A stretch of 64,000 nt of DNA. It comes from Chrysomallon squamiferum (Eukaryota > Animalia > Mollusca). Each line of letters starts with the position of its first letter. The stretch's first letter is position 1. Below the pieces are notes generated by a model. That model did not search any database. It was not told the origin of the DNA and was given only the letters and a program-made list of their open reading frames with translations. The translations under genes were made by a program, and so were the position numbers. This document shows, piece by piece, positions 13,201-24,490 of the stretch. The DNA lies in contig CM022665.1 in NCBI GenBank assembly GCA_012295275.1, positions 30,380,001 through 30,444,000 of the forward strand, written 5' to 3'.

Positions 13201-14787
13201 CTGGGTTCAACTTAATTGACACCCACCGTTGTCATAGCAACCTACATTATTCTGGTTTGTTTCACTTTCTCAGCAAACAAATTGATGACAGTGTAGAAAA
13301 CAGCATTTTTATAGTATAATCTTTCAACATTGTAAGAAAAATAACTGAAAATAAAACATTATTTTGTAACTATGCATAACTGAAGATAAAATACGGGTAT
13401 TGCAGAGAAAAAGTAAATAAATATCAGAGCTAAAACATTATTACAGCAAAATAGCTATGTAGAGATAAAACAGTATTATTAAAAAAAAAAAAAAAAAAAA
13501 AAAATTGTAGAGATAGAATACTATTATTGAAAAATAACTGAAGAGATACAAAAAAATTATTGAAAAATAACTGTTGAGATAAAACATGATTATAGAAAAA
13601 TAACTGTTGAGATAAAACATGATTATAGAAAAATAACTGTTTTAATAAAACACTGAAAAATAATTAAAAAATAAAACTATATTTAAGACAATAAAAATGT
13701 TGACAAAAACATTTCTGTATAGTCAGTGTAAAATGTTTGTTTTAGTGTTAATATGGGAAATCAGATCAATGTAATTTGTACAAATATATTTAAAACTTTT
13801 TTTATACTTTTTAAAAATTAAATATTTTTCTTACATAAGAAACAAATAAGAAAAATATTCATTTATATAATTCATAAACAAAATAAAATGATATGATTAA
13901 GGCTGGAAAGAGGAAAAAAGAAATAAAATAATTTTTTAACACTAGTTTAAACTTTTATTCTCATCCTTTACAATTAGAAAAGATTGGTTATCTAAAATTT
14001 TAAAACTGTATTTGAAAGTATACAAGAAGTATTTAGAAAATGTATTCTAACTTAGTTGCTGGCTTATGTTGTTAAGGAAACTTCAAATTTAATTTAATTA
14101 ACTGGGTAAAATGCATTCCTTTAAAGATTCATTATCAACAAAGTAATTTAATTTTCTAACTCCTTTGTTGACATACATCAGTTTGTTTGTGTGAAAGTGA
14201 CTGTTATTGTACTTAATTTGCTAATCCTGTAATCCAGAATGTTTTCTCTTATATATACATATAAAATACATATAAATAAATGTGTGTATGTAAATATGTA
14301 TGTTAGATTCTGAGTCAGTGTTGTTTTAAAGGATAGGAAGCATGCATGCTACTTCTTACTTGTGTTAATCACATTGCCAGCAATGTGCACATATTACTCG
14401 TGTAATCCTGTGAATAAATTACTCAATTATGAATATTCATATTTAATATATAGAAAAAATCAAAGTAATTAATATTAATTTTTAAAAATGTGTGTTTTTT
14501 AAACAACTTCATGACTTAAATTACTGGCAGTAATGTATGTGCGTTTACATATACATATATATTCTCTTCTTCAAATGGGCTTCTGTGCATGCTTATTCAA
14601 GAAGCAAATTATAATGAATGTCACCACTGGAGGGTCACTATAACAATCTTATATCTCAGTTACATTTTAGTGATGCAAAGCATATTATTATACACCTGCT
14701 AGACTGTTTATCCAGTAGGCTTGGGACCAGAGATGACCCAGGTTTCTAGATTTTCCAGTTTGCTTGTTCAAGCCTTTATATATACAA

Positions 14788-14838
<51 letters not shown>

Positions 14839-16411
14839 AAAACAGTGAGAAGTAAATAATGAAACTGTATTTAAATGACTCTTCTAAATCTGATTTTCAT
14901 TTGAACTGGAAGCCAGAGAAATGATCTGATATCTGTAATCATACAAAAATAATATTATGTTTAGTCTATGTTCATTAAAACATTTAACTGAATTACAAGG
15001 CACAACCATATCAAACAGTAAATAAAACCAGATTCAGATCTAATAAAGGTTTCTGTGAGTATAGAACTATTTTTGAAGCTTCTAACTGTATCAGTTTAAA
15101 ACGCCTTGCCAGTTAACGGCAAATTTAGTGAAAGATTTTAACATAGTTGGTTTTCCAAAACCTCAAATCATGTATGTAATGATCTATAAATATTGTTTAA
15201 ATCAACAAAAGTATGATTTGTCACTTGCTGTTGCAACATGGTTATTGGGATGTTATTTTTTTTATATTAAATGTTACTCATTTTGAAAATTCAAATTCAA
15301 CATAAAAACTTTATAACAGGGTGTATCTAAAGAGTTTCACATTAATTAGTCATCTGAAGTTTAAACATACATATTTAACACAAGTTCAGTGTAAAAATGT
15401 ATGAACAACCCTCCATTTGTGACATTGAGTATAACATAAATAAATATAGTCACAAATGATTTTTTTTTTTTTTTTTTTACTATTAAATAAAAAAAAGAAA
15501 AAAGAAACAAGTAACTGCACTTTATTATTTAAAAAAACATATACATTAAAATTTATTACGTTCAGTGTATCGTTTTTACTAAGATTTATATTTAATGTTT
15601 CAGGGCCAGTTAAAAGTCAACTTGATTTAACTGATGGAGAAAAGGTAAGAATTTTAAATATGAACTGAAACCTATGAATAGATTTCTACAAATTCATAAA
15701 CTGTATTCAGTTAACATTCTTGCTCAAAATATTGGGTTGGAACAAAAGATCACGTCATTTGTAAGTGAAATTCAAAGACAGCATTTAGATATTTGATCAT
15801 TGATTTATTCACCTTTCAAAATATATATATATATATATTTCAGTCATATGTGAAAAGAAATCATATGCTCAAATGCCACCTGTTGAAAAAAAATACTGAA
15901 GTTTTGTTTCAACCCAATAGTTAGCATTGGTATTGAGATTTCAGTTGTGATATCAATAGTTATTAGGTTAAAAACACTGGTTTGTGTACAGTGAATACAA
16001 GAGAGGAAACCTCTTGTAAGCTACTCTTACTAATTAGCTGTATGTGATATATTATATGTACTTTCCCACAGGCAGGAAAACACATACTTTCTTTATTTAG
16101 AAAAACTCTGTATATGGCACTTGCCCAACCATGATGGGCAATACTAAAAACATTATTACTGTTTATTTTTATTATTGTTTATTCTTCTTTTTACTACAAC
16201 TATTATTACTGCTATGACTTTTACAACTGTTTTTATAACCATCTTCATTATAAGCATTTATGTTTTTACTATCACAGTCATATTCATCATCATTATTGTT
16301 GTTCTTGTTGTTGTGGTTATTAATTTAATGTTATTATTATTCCTTTTACTATTTGATTTAGTGATAAAATGCAACAGACTGCCAATAAAACTAATTTATT
16401 ATTATTATATC

Positions 16412-16442
<31 letters not shown>

Positions 16443-19400
16443 GATTACTATTTCTATTATTATTACTATTTCCAGCCTGTTATTCGAGCAGACAGTGCTA
16501 ATTCACTGTGTAAGGATCCCAAAAGCCCTGAGGAATCTGAGTGTAGTTCTAGCTGCAGTTCTCTCTCAGATGAGACTAAAAGCAATGTCAAAGTGGAAGC
16601 TGAGGGTGAACCAGAAATCAATGAGGTTGAGATAACTTATGTGAAAGAACCAGATGAATGCCTCTGCCGCATCTGCACTAAAACATGTCCCTGGCTGTAC
16701 TCACTGGAGAAAACCGAATTCTTCAAGTACTGGTGGAAATTCAGATGTTTTATGTTCAAAGTCACAGAACATAAATATTTTGAGACTTTTATTATCACCA
16801 TGATCATTTCTAGTAGTGTGGCACTGGTAAGTTTGAGTTTCTAATATAAGACATCAGTGTAAAATGTAAGGACTATAATTTAAACAAACATAAAATGTAA
16901 AGTTTATAATTTAAAGTATTAAGTGTAAAATCTAAAGTTTATAGCATAAAGCACAGAAATAGAAAAATTGTATCACTACCTTGTTAGTGTAAATAACACT
17001 GTAAAATGTTTCTTTCACAATTTGCTTTTGACTAAAATTGCATTATTTGGAAATTTGCTTTCGATCAGAATTACAGTATTTTAAATAAGGGTCCAGTCAT
17101 GTCTTTTCATATAAAATTTCAATAAGTCTTTATATTATTCTTTATTAGATGTCAGTTTATACATTTCACAAATGATAAAGTAAGTATTAAAAGAAAAAGT
17201 CTGATGCAGTTACCTTTACTGATTATAAACCAACTTTTCAAAATTGAAGTCATTTGATCATGAGTTACTGAACTTTGCTGGAAGGGAAATCATCCTGTAT
17301 GGAAACAAAACAAAAATTTACATAATGTTTTATTTATATGAAATTAAATGCTAAATCTATTAACTTGTATTTACTTATTATTTAAAAAAAATGTAATTAA
17401 TTTAATTTTTCATTTATTCATTCATTCATTACCATTTTTTTTAAATTGATCATGCTAATTTTGTTTATTGATTGATTGATTGATTTTTTTAAATTTTACA
17501 ATTGCTTCATTTATGTCTTCTTTATGTTATTATTAGCAGCTTACTTTATCAAATCACATCATAGTGTTTAATAAACCAATTGCAGGAGTTATGAAGTAAC
17601 CAAAATCTTTCCATATAATATTATTATTAAGCCATGAAAAACATAAATCTTTTGTGATTTCAGTTTTCTTCATGTGGGACTTAGAAGCTACAGCTGATTG
17701 TCAGTAAATCAAACAATTTAAATTAAAAAAAAATAAAAAAAAAAAAAATAAGAAATTGCTTTTGCAAAACCAAAACATAAAAGTGAAATAAATTTGACAA
17801 ACTCTATTTATTTTATTTTTTTATTTTTTTTTTTTTTACAGGCATTGGAAGATATATACTTAAAAGAACGTCCCATCTTAGAAGCAATCCTCAAATATTT
17901 GGACAAATGTTTCACAGGAATCTTCATTCTTGAGATGATTGTAAAGTGGGTTGCATTTGGTTTAAAGACATACTTCACTGATGCTTGGTGTTGGCTGGAT
18001 TTTATCATTGTTTCTGTGAGTATCTTTCACACAACACAAAAATACTGTATAAACATGATTTTGTGACTGTTTCTGTTAATAGATTTCATTATTTTGTATT
18101 TATTTATTTATTGTTATTTTTTTTTAATGTTACTTTGTTTCATTTCATTTATTTATGTAACCGATTTAATTAAAAATTGTCTTTACTATTTTTATTATTA
18201 AATTTCAGTTGTCATTGGTGATGTTGGCAGCAGAGTCACTGAATCTTGGAGATGTTGGTGCCATAAAGGCACTTAGAACATTGCGAGCCCTGAGACCTCT
18301 CCGTGCCGTGTCCAGATGGGAGGGGATGAGGGTGAGTTCCAACACCTTAGTTATAGAGAAAAATACTTTAAAACTGTGCTTGTTATTGTCATTATTACTA
18401 CTAATGCTACTGTTACTACAATTGTTATTATTATTATTCATATTGTTATTATTTTTATTATTATTGTTATAGAAAAGAGACATCAAATAGAAATTATGAA
18501 TCAGTTAAGTAAGGAAGTAAATCTTTCATTTCAGAAATATGAAAATATAATACTAATCTTTTTTTTTTCTTTTTTTTTTTTAATAATCTAGTTTTTTAAT
18601 AGAACAATGGAATAGTTATGTATTGGATACCTGAAAATGTAAATTTTTAATTTAAATATTTCTTATATACATATTTTCTTTGTTTCTTCCTTTCCTAACT
18701 TCCACCATTGCCTCAGTCTTTTTTCTCGTCTCTGTTCAGGTTGTGGTTAACGCACTGATAAAAGCAGTTCCCTCCATCTTCAATGTGTTGCTTGTCTGCC
18801 TTGTCTTTTGGCTCATCTTTGGAATCATGGGAGTTCAGCTGTTTTCTGGAAAGTTCCACAAGTGTGTGTACCCAGAGAATGGTACAAGAGTACCTCACAC
18901 CATAGTGAATAATAAGAGTGACTGTGACAACATGGGATACAACTGGACCAATTCTAAAATTAACTTTGACAATGTTCTCAATGCCTATCTGGCTTTGTTT
19001 CAAGTTGTAAGTTACAAAAATAGCTGTACAGTTTAATAATATTTTATACACTTCCTCACAACTTCTGAATTAACAAAATGATTAGCTAAACTATATATAA
19101 ATAAATTATCTAAATATGCAATGAATGTAATATCCAACACATTTTTAACAGCACTGTTACTGTTTAGTATCTAAGTTTAAAGTTTAATATTGTTTAAAGC
19201 AAAATAACTTAAGGCAGTATAAAAATAATAATAATAATAATATTTATAAAAATTCATTACTGAATGATCCAAAAAAAGATATGTCTTAATCATTTTATAT
19301 CAGACTGAAATACTATGCATTCTATTTCTCCTTAAAGATAAAATTAAAATTGTTACAACATGCAAAATATTTTTTTCATACAAATATATTTTTATTTTCT

Positions 19401-22088
19401 AGGCCACCTACAAAGGCTGGATAGGAATAATGAATGATGCCATTGACAGCAGAAAAGTTAGTTTTTAAAATTATTGTTTTCAGACTTGAAAATTAGTACC
19501 ATTTAAAGAATAAAAAATTACATAATGAGAACTAGAAAACATTATTCAGAGATAGAATTAAAATACTTGGTTTGCTTTAAATAATAATTATTATATTAGC
19601 CATATTATGTTAATAATATTTATGTTACATGAATTATTCTTAAAATCTGCAGGCATACGAGCAGCCAGCCCATGAAGTAAACCGATATATGTACCTCTAC
19701 TTCGTTCTCTTCATCATCTTTGGATCATTCTTCACCCTCAACCTCTTCATTGGTGTCATCATAGACAACTTCAACCAGCAGAAGAAGAAAGCGGGTGGCT
19801 CTCTTGAGATGTTGATGACAGATGACCAGAAGAAGTATTACAATGCTATGAAAAGAATGCAGTCAAAGGCACCTCAGAAATCAATACCAAGACCATCGGT
19901 ACACAATTTTACAAAATCTGAAAGTTTCATAAATCATCTGTTGATTCATCTGAATTTTAACAGAATTTGTATTTGTACTGTTTTGTAACAATCAATTATC
20001 AGTTTTGTTATTAATAAATATTAAAAATATTTTTGGGAAATGAATCCAAATTATAACATTTTCGTTTTCACAGAAGTACTTTATTTTTTTTACATTGTTA
20101 TTATTTTTAATGAAGAATGAAATTATTGTATTTGCAGTGTATTCTTTCTGTTCACCGTTTCTTCTTTTTTTTAATAATTATACCTTTGTATCTGATTTCA
20201 GTTTAGAATAGCTGCTTTCATATTTGATGTGACAACAGATCAGAAGTTTGACATTGTTATTATGGTGGTTATTCTGCTTAACATGTTCACAATGACCCTG
20301 GAACATGAAGGAATGAGTCAAGAATGGCGAGATGCCCTTAGCAACATAAATATTGTATTTATAGCCATTTTTACGCTTGAGTGCATTTTAAAAATCGTTG
20401 GACTTCGTCTTTATTACTTCAAGATAGCTTGGAATGTCTTCGATTTTGCTGTAGTAATTTTATCAGTTTTAGGTAAGTTGCTTGTATTTAGATACATAAA
20501 TTCACTCATTACAGATGATGTCTACAGAGCTTCAAAAATGCCTTCTTGTGACATTCAGTTTATGCTTAAAATAAAAAATTAAAAAACTTAAATAAGAAAT
20601 ACATTTATTTTTTTTAATTTGTTGATATGTCATTTAAAGGCAAGCAGAAAAAAAAATTAAATATTACAAAGTGTAGGCAATGAAAGAAAGAGTAATAACA
20701 TAGTCTGGTAACAATTAGAGAAAAACTCTACACACACACACACCAATACACAAAACATAATGAAATTTAAAAGAAAGCATGCCTTATGTCAGTCTTTAAA
20801 TTATTTTATTTCATAGCCTCATGTTGTTTTGTAATAAACTGTAAAATAATGTTAATAAAACTATTGATATCAGGTAAATATTTTATTATTAGTATTATAA
20901 AGTATTATTTTTTTAATATAGTAATAATAATAATTATTAGTATTATTGTTGTTATTGTTATTGTTATACTGTTATTATTATTATCCCATCATAACACTTA
21001 TACTGTTTTCTCTTTCAGCTTTATCTTTAGCTGGCGTTATGAAAAACTTTTTTGTTTCTCCAACTCTACTTCGAGTAATTCGTGTTTTCCGAGTTGGTCG
21101 TGTTTTGAGATTGGTCAAATCAGCCAAGGGAATTCGAACTTTGCTGTTCTCCTTGGCAGTCTCTTTGCCTGCTTTGTTCAACATAGGACTTCTGCTTGCA
21201 CTAGTTATGTTTATATATGCCATTATGGGCATGAATTTCTTCAGAAACGCTGAACTGGAGGAAGGTCTAGATGATGCATTCAATTTTAGAACATTTTACC
21301 AGAGTTTTGTGATACTCTTTCAAATGTGCACTTCAGCTGGTTGGGATGGTGTTCTTGCAGGACTCATCTACCGATGTCCACCTGAGGGTCAGTGTGGAGA
21401 GTACATGGTGGCCGTCATGTACTTAGTGTCATACTTAGTTATAAGTTTTCTTGTCGTTGTCAACATGTACATAGCTGTGATTCTTGAAAACTTCAGCCAG
21501 GCAACTGAGGAAGTTCAGCAAGGTCTCACCCCAGATGACTTTGACATGTACTATGAGAAGTGGGAGAAATATGACCCAGATGCAACAGAATACATTGATC
21601 TGTCACAGCTGTCAGACTTTGTGGATTTCTTGGACGAGCCGCTTCGCCTACCAAAACCAAATCATTTCATGCTAGTTAAGTTAGACATTCCCATCTGTGA
21701 AGCAGATAAAGTTCATTGCAAAGATATTTTAGATGCATTGACGAAAAATTTCTTGGGCACCACAGAAACAGAACTGCCACCTGAAATCAAGCCTGGTGAT
21801 AAAGATAAAAAGATTTATCCTGTTGTTAGCAGTACACTGAAACGCCAGAAAGAACATTATGCTGCTAGGATTATTCAGAAAGCTTATCGCAATTACAGAG
21901 CTAACAAAAGTGATGATCCCAACAGAAATGATGATGATGGGGATGATGATGGTGATAGTAAAGAGTGTTCAAGGAGTAACAATTCAGACACAGTGGTTGT
22001 TGTCATAGAAGGTGACGATGCTGACCCCAATAATACAGATCAGCATAAAACTATTGAACTTCACGCAGATAGTGATGTTGTGGCTTAA
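220..22088 (+). CDS. Nav1: Voltage-gated sodium channel alpha subunit (Nav1/para-type), 5'-truncated, 25 exons
   Basis: Spliced exons total 5,517 nt in frame to TAA at 22086-22088. Four repeats with R/K S4 helices; filter D (TQDFWE), E (CGEWIE), K (TYKGW), A (TSAGWD); III-IV linker [12 protein letters not shown]; IQ motif [10 protein letters not shown]. First coding exon is upstream of the window. Confidence 0.97.
339..1821 (+). other. U12-type AT-AC intron
   Basis: ATATCCTTT at 339, branch site TTCCTTAAC at 1804-1812, terminal AC at 1820-1821. Removal restores [10 protein letters not shown] in frame. Confidence 0.93.
1822..1905 (+). CDS. Nav1: Nav exon, DI S1 ([18 protein letters not shown]...)
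   Basis: AC acceptor, gtgag donor; not in the ORF track. Confidence 0.92.
1937..2019. repeat. (CT)n microsatellite
   Basis: Long uninterrupted TC run. Confidence 0.95.
2133..2240. repeat. (ATCT)n microsatellite with degenerate tail
   Basis: tctatctatcta array. Confidence 0.9.
2303..2431 (+). CDS. Nav1: Nav exon, DI S2-S3 ([10 protein letters not shown]...DPWNWLDF)
   Basis: ag/gtaag boundaries, conserved motifs. Confidence 0.95.
2811..2905 (+). CDS. Nav1: Nav exon, DI S3-S4 ([14 protein letters not shown])
   Basis: ag/gt boundaries, S4 voltage sensor. Confidence 0.95.
3416..3625 (+). CDS. Nav1: Nav exon, DI S4-S5 linker and S5
   Basis: [10 protein letters not shown]...GMQLY; ag/gtacgt. 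Confidence 0.93.
3906..3966 (+). CDS. Nav1: Nav exon, DI extracellular loop ([20 protein letters not shown])
   Basis: ttcag/gtaag; CGNxSxAG motif; phases match neighbours. Confidence 0.92.
4784..4928 (+). CDS. Nav1: Nav exon, DI pore loop ([10 protein letters not shown])
   Basis: Filter Asp; ag/gtaag. Confidence 0.96.
5322..5486 (+). CDS. Nav1: Nav exon, DI S6
   Basis: [18 protein letters not shown]; ag/gtaag. Confidence 0.96.
6142..6297 (+). CDS. Nav1: Nav exon, I-II linker
   Basis: poly-T ccag acceptor, gtgagt donor, open in frame. Confidence 0.85.
7546..8007 (+). CDS. Nav1: Nav exon, I-II linker with RRxS (PKA-type) sites
   Basis: SLSLPGSPF and LPYADDS motifs shared with para-type channels; ag/gtaagt. 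Confidence 0.93.
9363..9486 (+). CDS. Nav1: Nav exon, I-II linker (...SNPFLYP...VDMK)
   Basis: Open in frame, NPF..VDMKD motif; not in the ORF track. Confidence 0.85.
9787..9837 (+). CDS. Nav1: Nav exon, I-II linker ([17 protein letters not shown])
   Basis: tttag/gtaagc; resembles para DMKDVMVL segment. Confidence 0.88.
10292..10536 (+). CDS. Nav1: Nav exon, DII S1
   Basis: [19 protein letters not shown]. Confidence 0.94.
11215..11388 (+). CDS. Nav1: Nav exon, DII S2-S4
   Basis: [15 protein letters not shown]. Confidence 0.95.
11769..12128 (+). CDS. Nav1: Nav exon, DII S4-S6 with pore loop (CGEWIES)
   Basis: Filter Glu; ag/gtaagt. Confidence 0.96.
12714..13053 (+). CDS. Nav1: Nav exon, DII S6 end and II-III linker
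   Basis: [14 protein letters not shown]. Donor uncertain: GTTCAA at 13054, or same-phase GTAATG at 12985. Confidence 0.85.
13335..13680. repeat. Degenerate ~31-32 bp minisatellite
   Basis: Recurrent aaaataactg(t/a)..gagataaaaca..atta units. Confidence 0.7.
14789..14834. repeat. (CA)n microsatellite
   Basis: Direct. Confidence 0.95.
15604..15644 (+). CDS. Nav1: Nav 41-nt exon, II-III linker ([14 protein letters not shown])
   Basis: tttcag/gtaag; needed to convert phase 1 to phase 0. Confidence 0.88.
15730..15919. mobile_element. Mariner-like MITE, copy 1
   Basis: TIRs TATTGGGTTGGAACAAAA / TTTTGTTTCAACCCAATA (1 mismatch), TA ends, 190 bp. Confidence 0.75.
16476..16826 (+). CDS. Nav1: Nav exon, II-III linker and DIII S1
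   Basis: [20 protein letters not shown]. Confidence 0.93.
17842..18015 (+). CDS. Nav1: Nav exon, DIII S2-S3
   Basis: ALEDIY...AWCWLDF. Confidence 0.96.
18209..18331 (+). CDS. Nav1: Nav exon, DIII S3-S4
   Basis: [15 protein letters not shown]. Confidence 0.96.
18740..19006 (+). CDS. Nav1: Nav exon, DIII S5 and loop
   Basis: VVVNAL...[15 protein letters not shown]. Confidence 0.96.
19403..19456 (+). CDS. Nav1: Nav 54-nt exon, DIII pore loop ([18 protein letters not shown])
   Basis: Filter Lys; ctag/gttagt; not in the ORF track. Confidence 0.94.
19653..19898 (+). CDS. Nav1: Nav exon, DIII S6 and inactivation gate
   Basis: [18 protein letters not shown]...[14 protein letters not shown]. Confidence 0.96.
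20202..20472 (+). CDS. Nav1: Nav exon, DIV S1-S3
   Basis: [19 protein letters not shown]. Confidence 0.95.
21019..22088 (+). CDS. Nav1: Nav terminal exon, DIV S4-S6, EF-hand-like and IQ C-terminus
   Basis: [20 protein letters not shown] motif, stop TAA. Confidence 0.97.
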
Positions 22089-23849
22089 CCAGCCTTTCAT
22101 TTCATAAACACAAATATTAATGTTCACACTTTTCTTCTTTTATCTTCTTCTTTTTCTTCTTCACAGGGCAATGCAGGATTAGCCCACTAAATCATAATAA
22201 ATCAGAAACTACCAAGCCAAGTCAAACGATTTGTTTTAAAAGTACTTTTGACTTTATTAATAAATAATGAACAGTGTCTAATGGAAATATGCAGTTTTTA
22301 AAAAAAAAAAAAAAAAAAAGGATCCATGAGAAAAGTTTCTTTAAGAATATTTGGAAATTTTAAGGTAATGATTAAAATTTTTAAATTTAAGAATTCTTTG
22401 ATCAGTATCTGATCCATTATAAAGAAAATTCATGTTAACCTAAGACTTTTGCATTGTATTTAAAACCAATCAAACCACCTCCTCTTTGCAGATAATTTCA
22501 TGGGCAGCCGGAGTTTGACAATGGATTGATAAGCGGAATATTCCCGCAGAATTTTATTATAAAAAACATATATATATATATATATACATATATATATAAA
22601 ATTATGTAATTATGTTTTGTAATAATATAATATGGTATATGTGCATTATATTACATGTGCATATTTTAGCTGGCTTGGTATATATATATACAGAAACACA
22701 AGCAGGAAATTTGGAGACGTGTTTTTTCAGTGATATTAATAAACGTTTTTGACATGTCTTTCCATTTGCTATTTAAAGGATGCAAAGTTTTACATTTTGT
22801 TTGTTTGTGTGTGATTTTGCATGCACAAAATACTTGACATAAATGTCTTGTGCCTGGCTTGTAGAAATTTTTGGTAATTTTTTTTATGATACAGATCATG
22901 CTAATATGTTGTTTTGTCGGATGCATCACGAATTCTTGTTCACATAAGTATTAACTGTAATGGACACCACATGTTTTCTTTTTTCTTTTCTTTTTTTCTT
23001 TGAAAGTTGTTGGTTCATAAAAGAAATGATAATATTAACAGTAATAATGAAATATTTAGTTCATATTGACTTTGTCAATGACATATACTGTAAACCTTAT
23101 TGCTAAAATTAAGGTTAAAGATTTGTAAAATATCTGAGCCAGAATTATAAATAAAAATTATCATCCACAGCGTATCATCATTAAAGATTAGCAATTAACT
23201 TCCTGGCTTTTATTTTAAGCTTTATAAAACAGCATTGTCTTGAACTATTTGCATTCATCACCTTACTACTATTATTTTTTAACGTACCTTGAATAATAAT
23301 AATTGCCATTATTTCTATAACAAGTCATATAAAATCATTTCAACTATATAACAGTAGTTTTTCGGTGATCATATTTTTTATTTTTTGTTTTTAATTAATC
23401 ATATATATGACAAAAGTACACAATTTAGTTACATTTTAATGCTTTTTGCCTAATTTCAATATCATTTTAACAAAATACAAACAAAAACCCTCATTCTTCT
23501 AAAAATAATTATTTTATCTTTCATGAATCCAGTTATGTCTGACAGAAATACATTGCTATGAAATTTTCTGCAAAAAAAATATTTTAACATATTTCTTTTC
23601 ACCATTAAACTTTTTCTCAAGCTGCACAAATTTTTACTGTACATATTGTATGAAAGGGAAAAAAAATGCATCAGCTGAATGATTCTATTTGTTTAAAATT
23701 TGCATATCAGTGTGTTTATGTTAAACTGAAGCACATTTATTACATTCATGATTGAAATAGGTTCCGCCTAATTGTGCCAATAGTATGTCAGTGTTGGTCT
23801 TTTATTTGTGTTCAAGCAATTTATTTTAACTCTGAGGTAAAATTGAGAC

Positions 23850-24490
23850 AAACAGTTAACTTTTTTGTTGGGTTTAAAATATCAAATATAGAAAATGTTT
23901 GTGTTGAATTTAAAACATAAAAAGGAGTTAACTTTTATGTTGGGTTTAAAATATACAATATAGAAAATGTTTGTTGAATTTAAAACATAAATAGGAGTAA
24001 TGTTTATGTTGGGTTTAAAATATAAAATACAAGGTATGTTTATGTTGAATTTAAAGTTTTAAAAACAGTTATATTTCATGCTGAACTTAAAGACTGTTGA
24101 TTTTTCTTTTTTGTTGAATATAAATTATAAAAAGCAGTTAACTTGTTAAATGTTATGTTTTAAAATATAAAATACAGAAAATGTTTATGTTTGTTTAAAG
24201 TTTTAAAAACAGTTAACTTTTGTGTTGAACTTAAACACAGTTGATTTTTTTTTTTTTTTTTAATTTAAATTATAAAATGCAGTTAAGTTGTATGCTGGGT
24301 TTAAAATGTAAAGTACTGAACATGTTTATGTTGAATTTGAAGTTTTATAAACATTTCCTTTTTATGTTTAGTTTAAAAGTATGAAAAGCAGTTAACTTTC
24401 TTGTTAAATTTAAAGTTTAAATATTAGTTAACTTTTTCTGTTGAATTTAAAAGTATAAAATGTAATTTAACTTTTTTGGTTGAATTTCAA
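23850..24490. repeat. Degenerate AT-rich tandem repeat (~30-36 bp monomer, ~70 bp dimer)
   Basis: gttgggtttaaaat at ~23867, 23939, 24008 alternating with gttgaatttaaa; recurrent cagttaactt. Confidence 0.8.

Noticed and set aside
15316-15412. ACAGGGTGT Tc1-like terminus (similar at about 43900)
   Set aside because: No convincing partner TIR found.
7746-21283. Antisense ORFs over Nav exons (7746-7952, 12776-13006, 18713-19051, 20981-21283)
   Set aside because: Shadows of the sense coding exons with no independent motifs.
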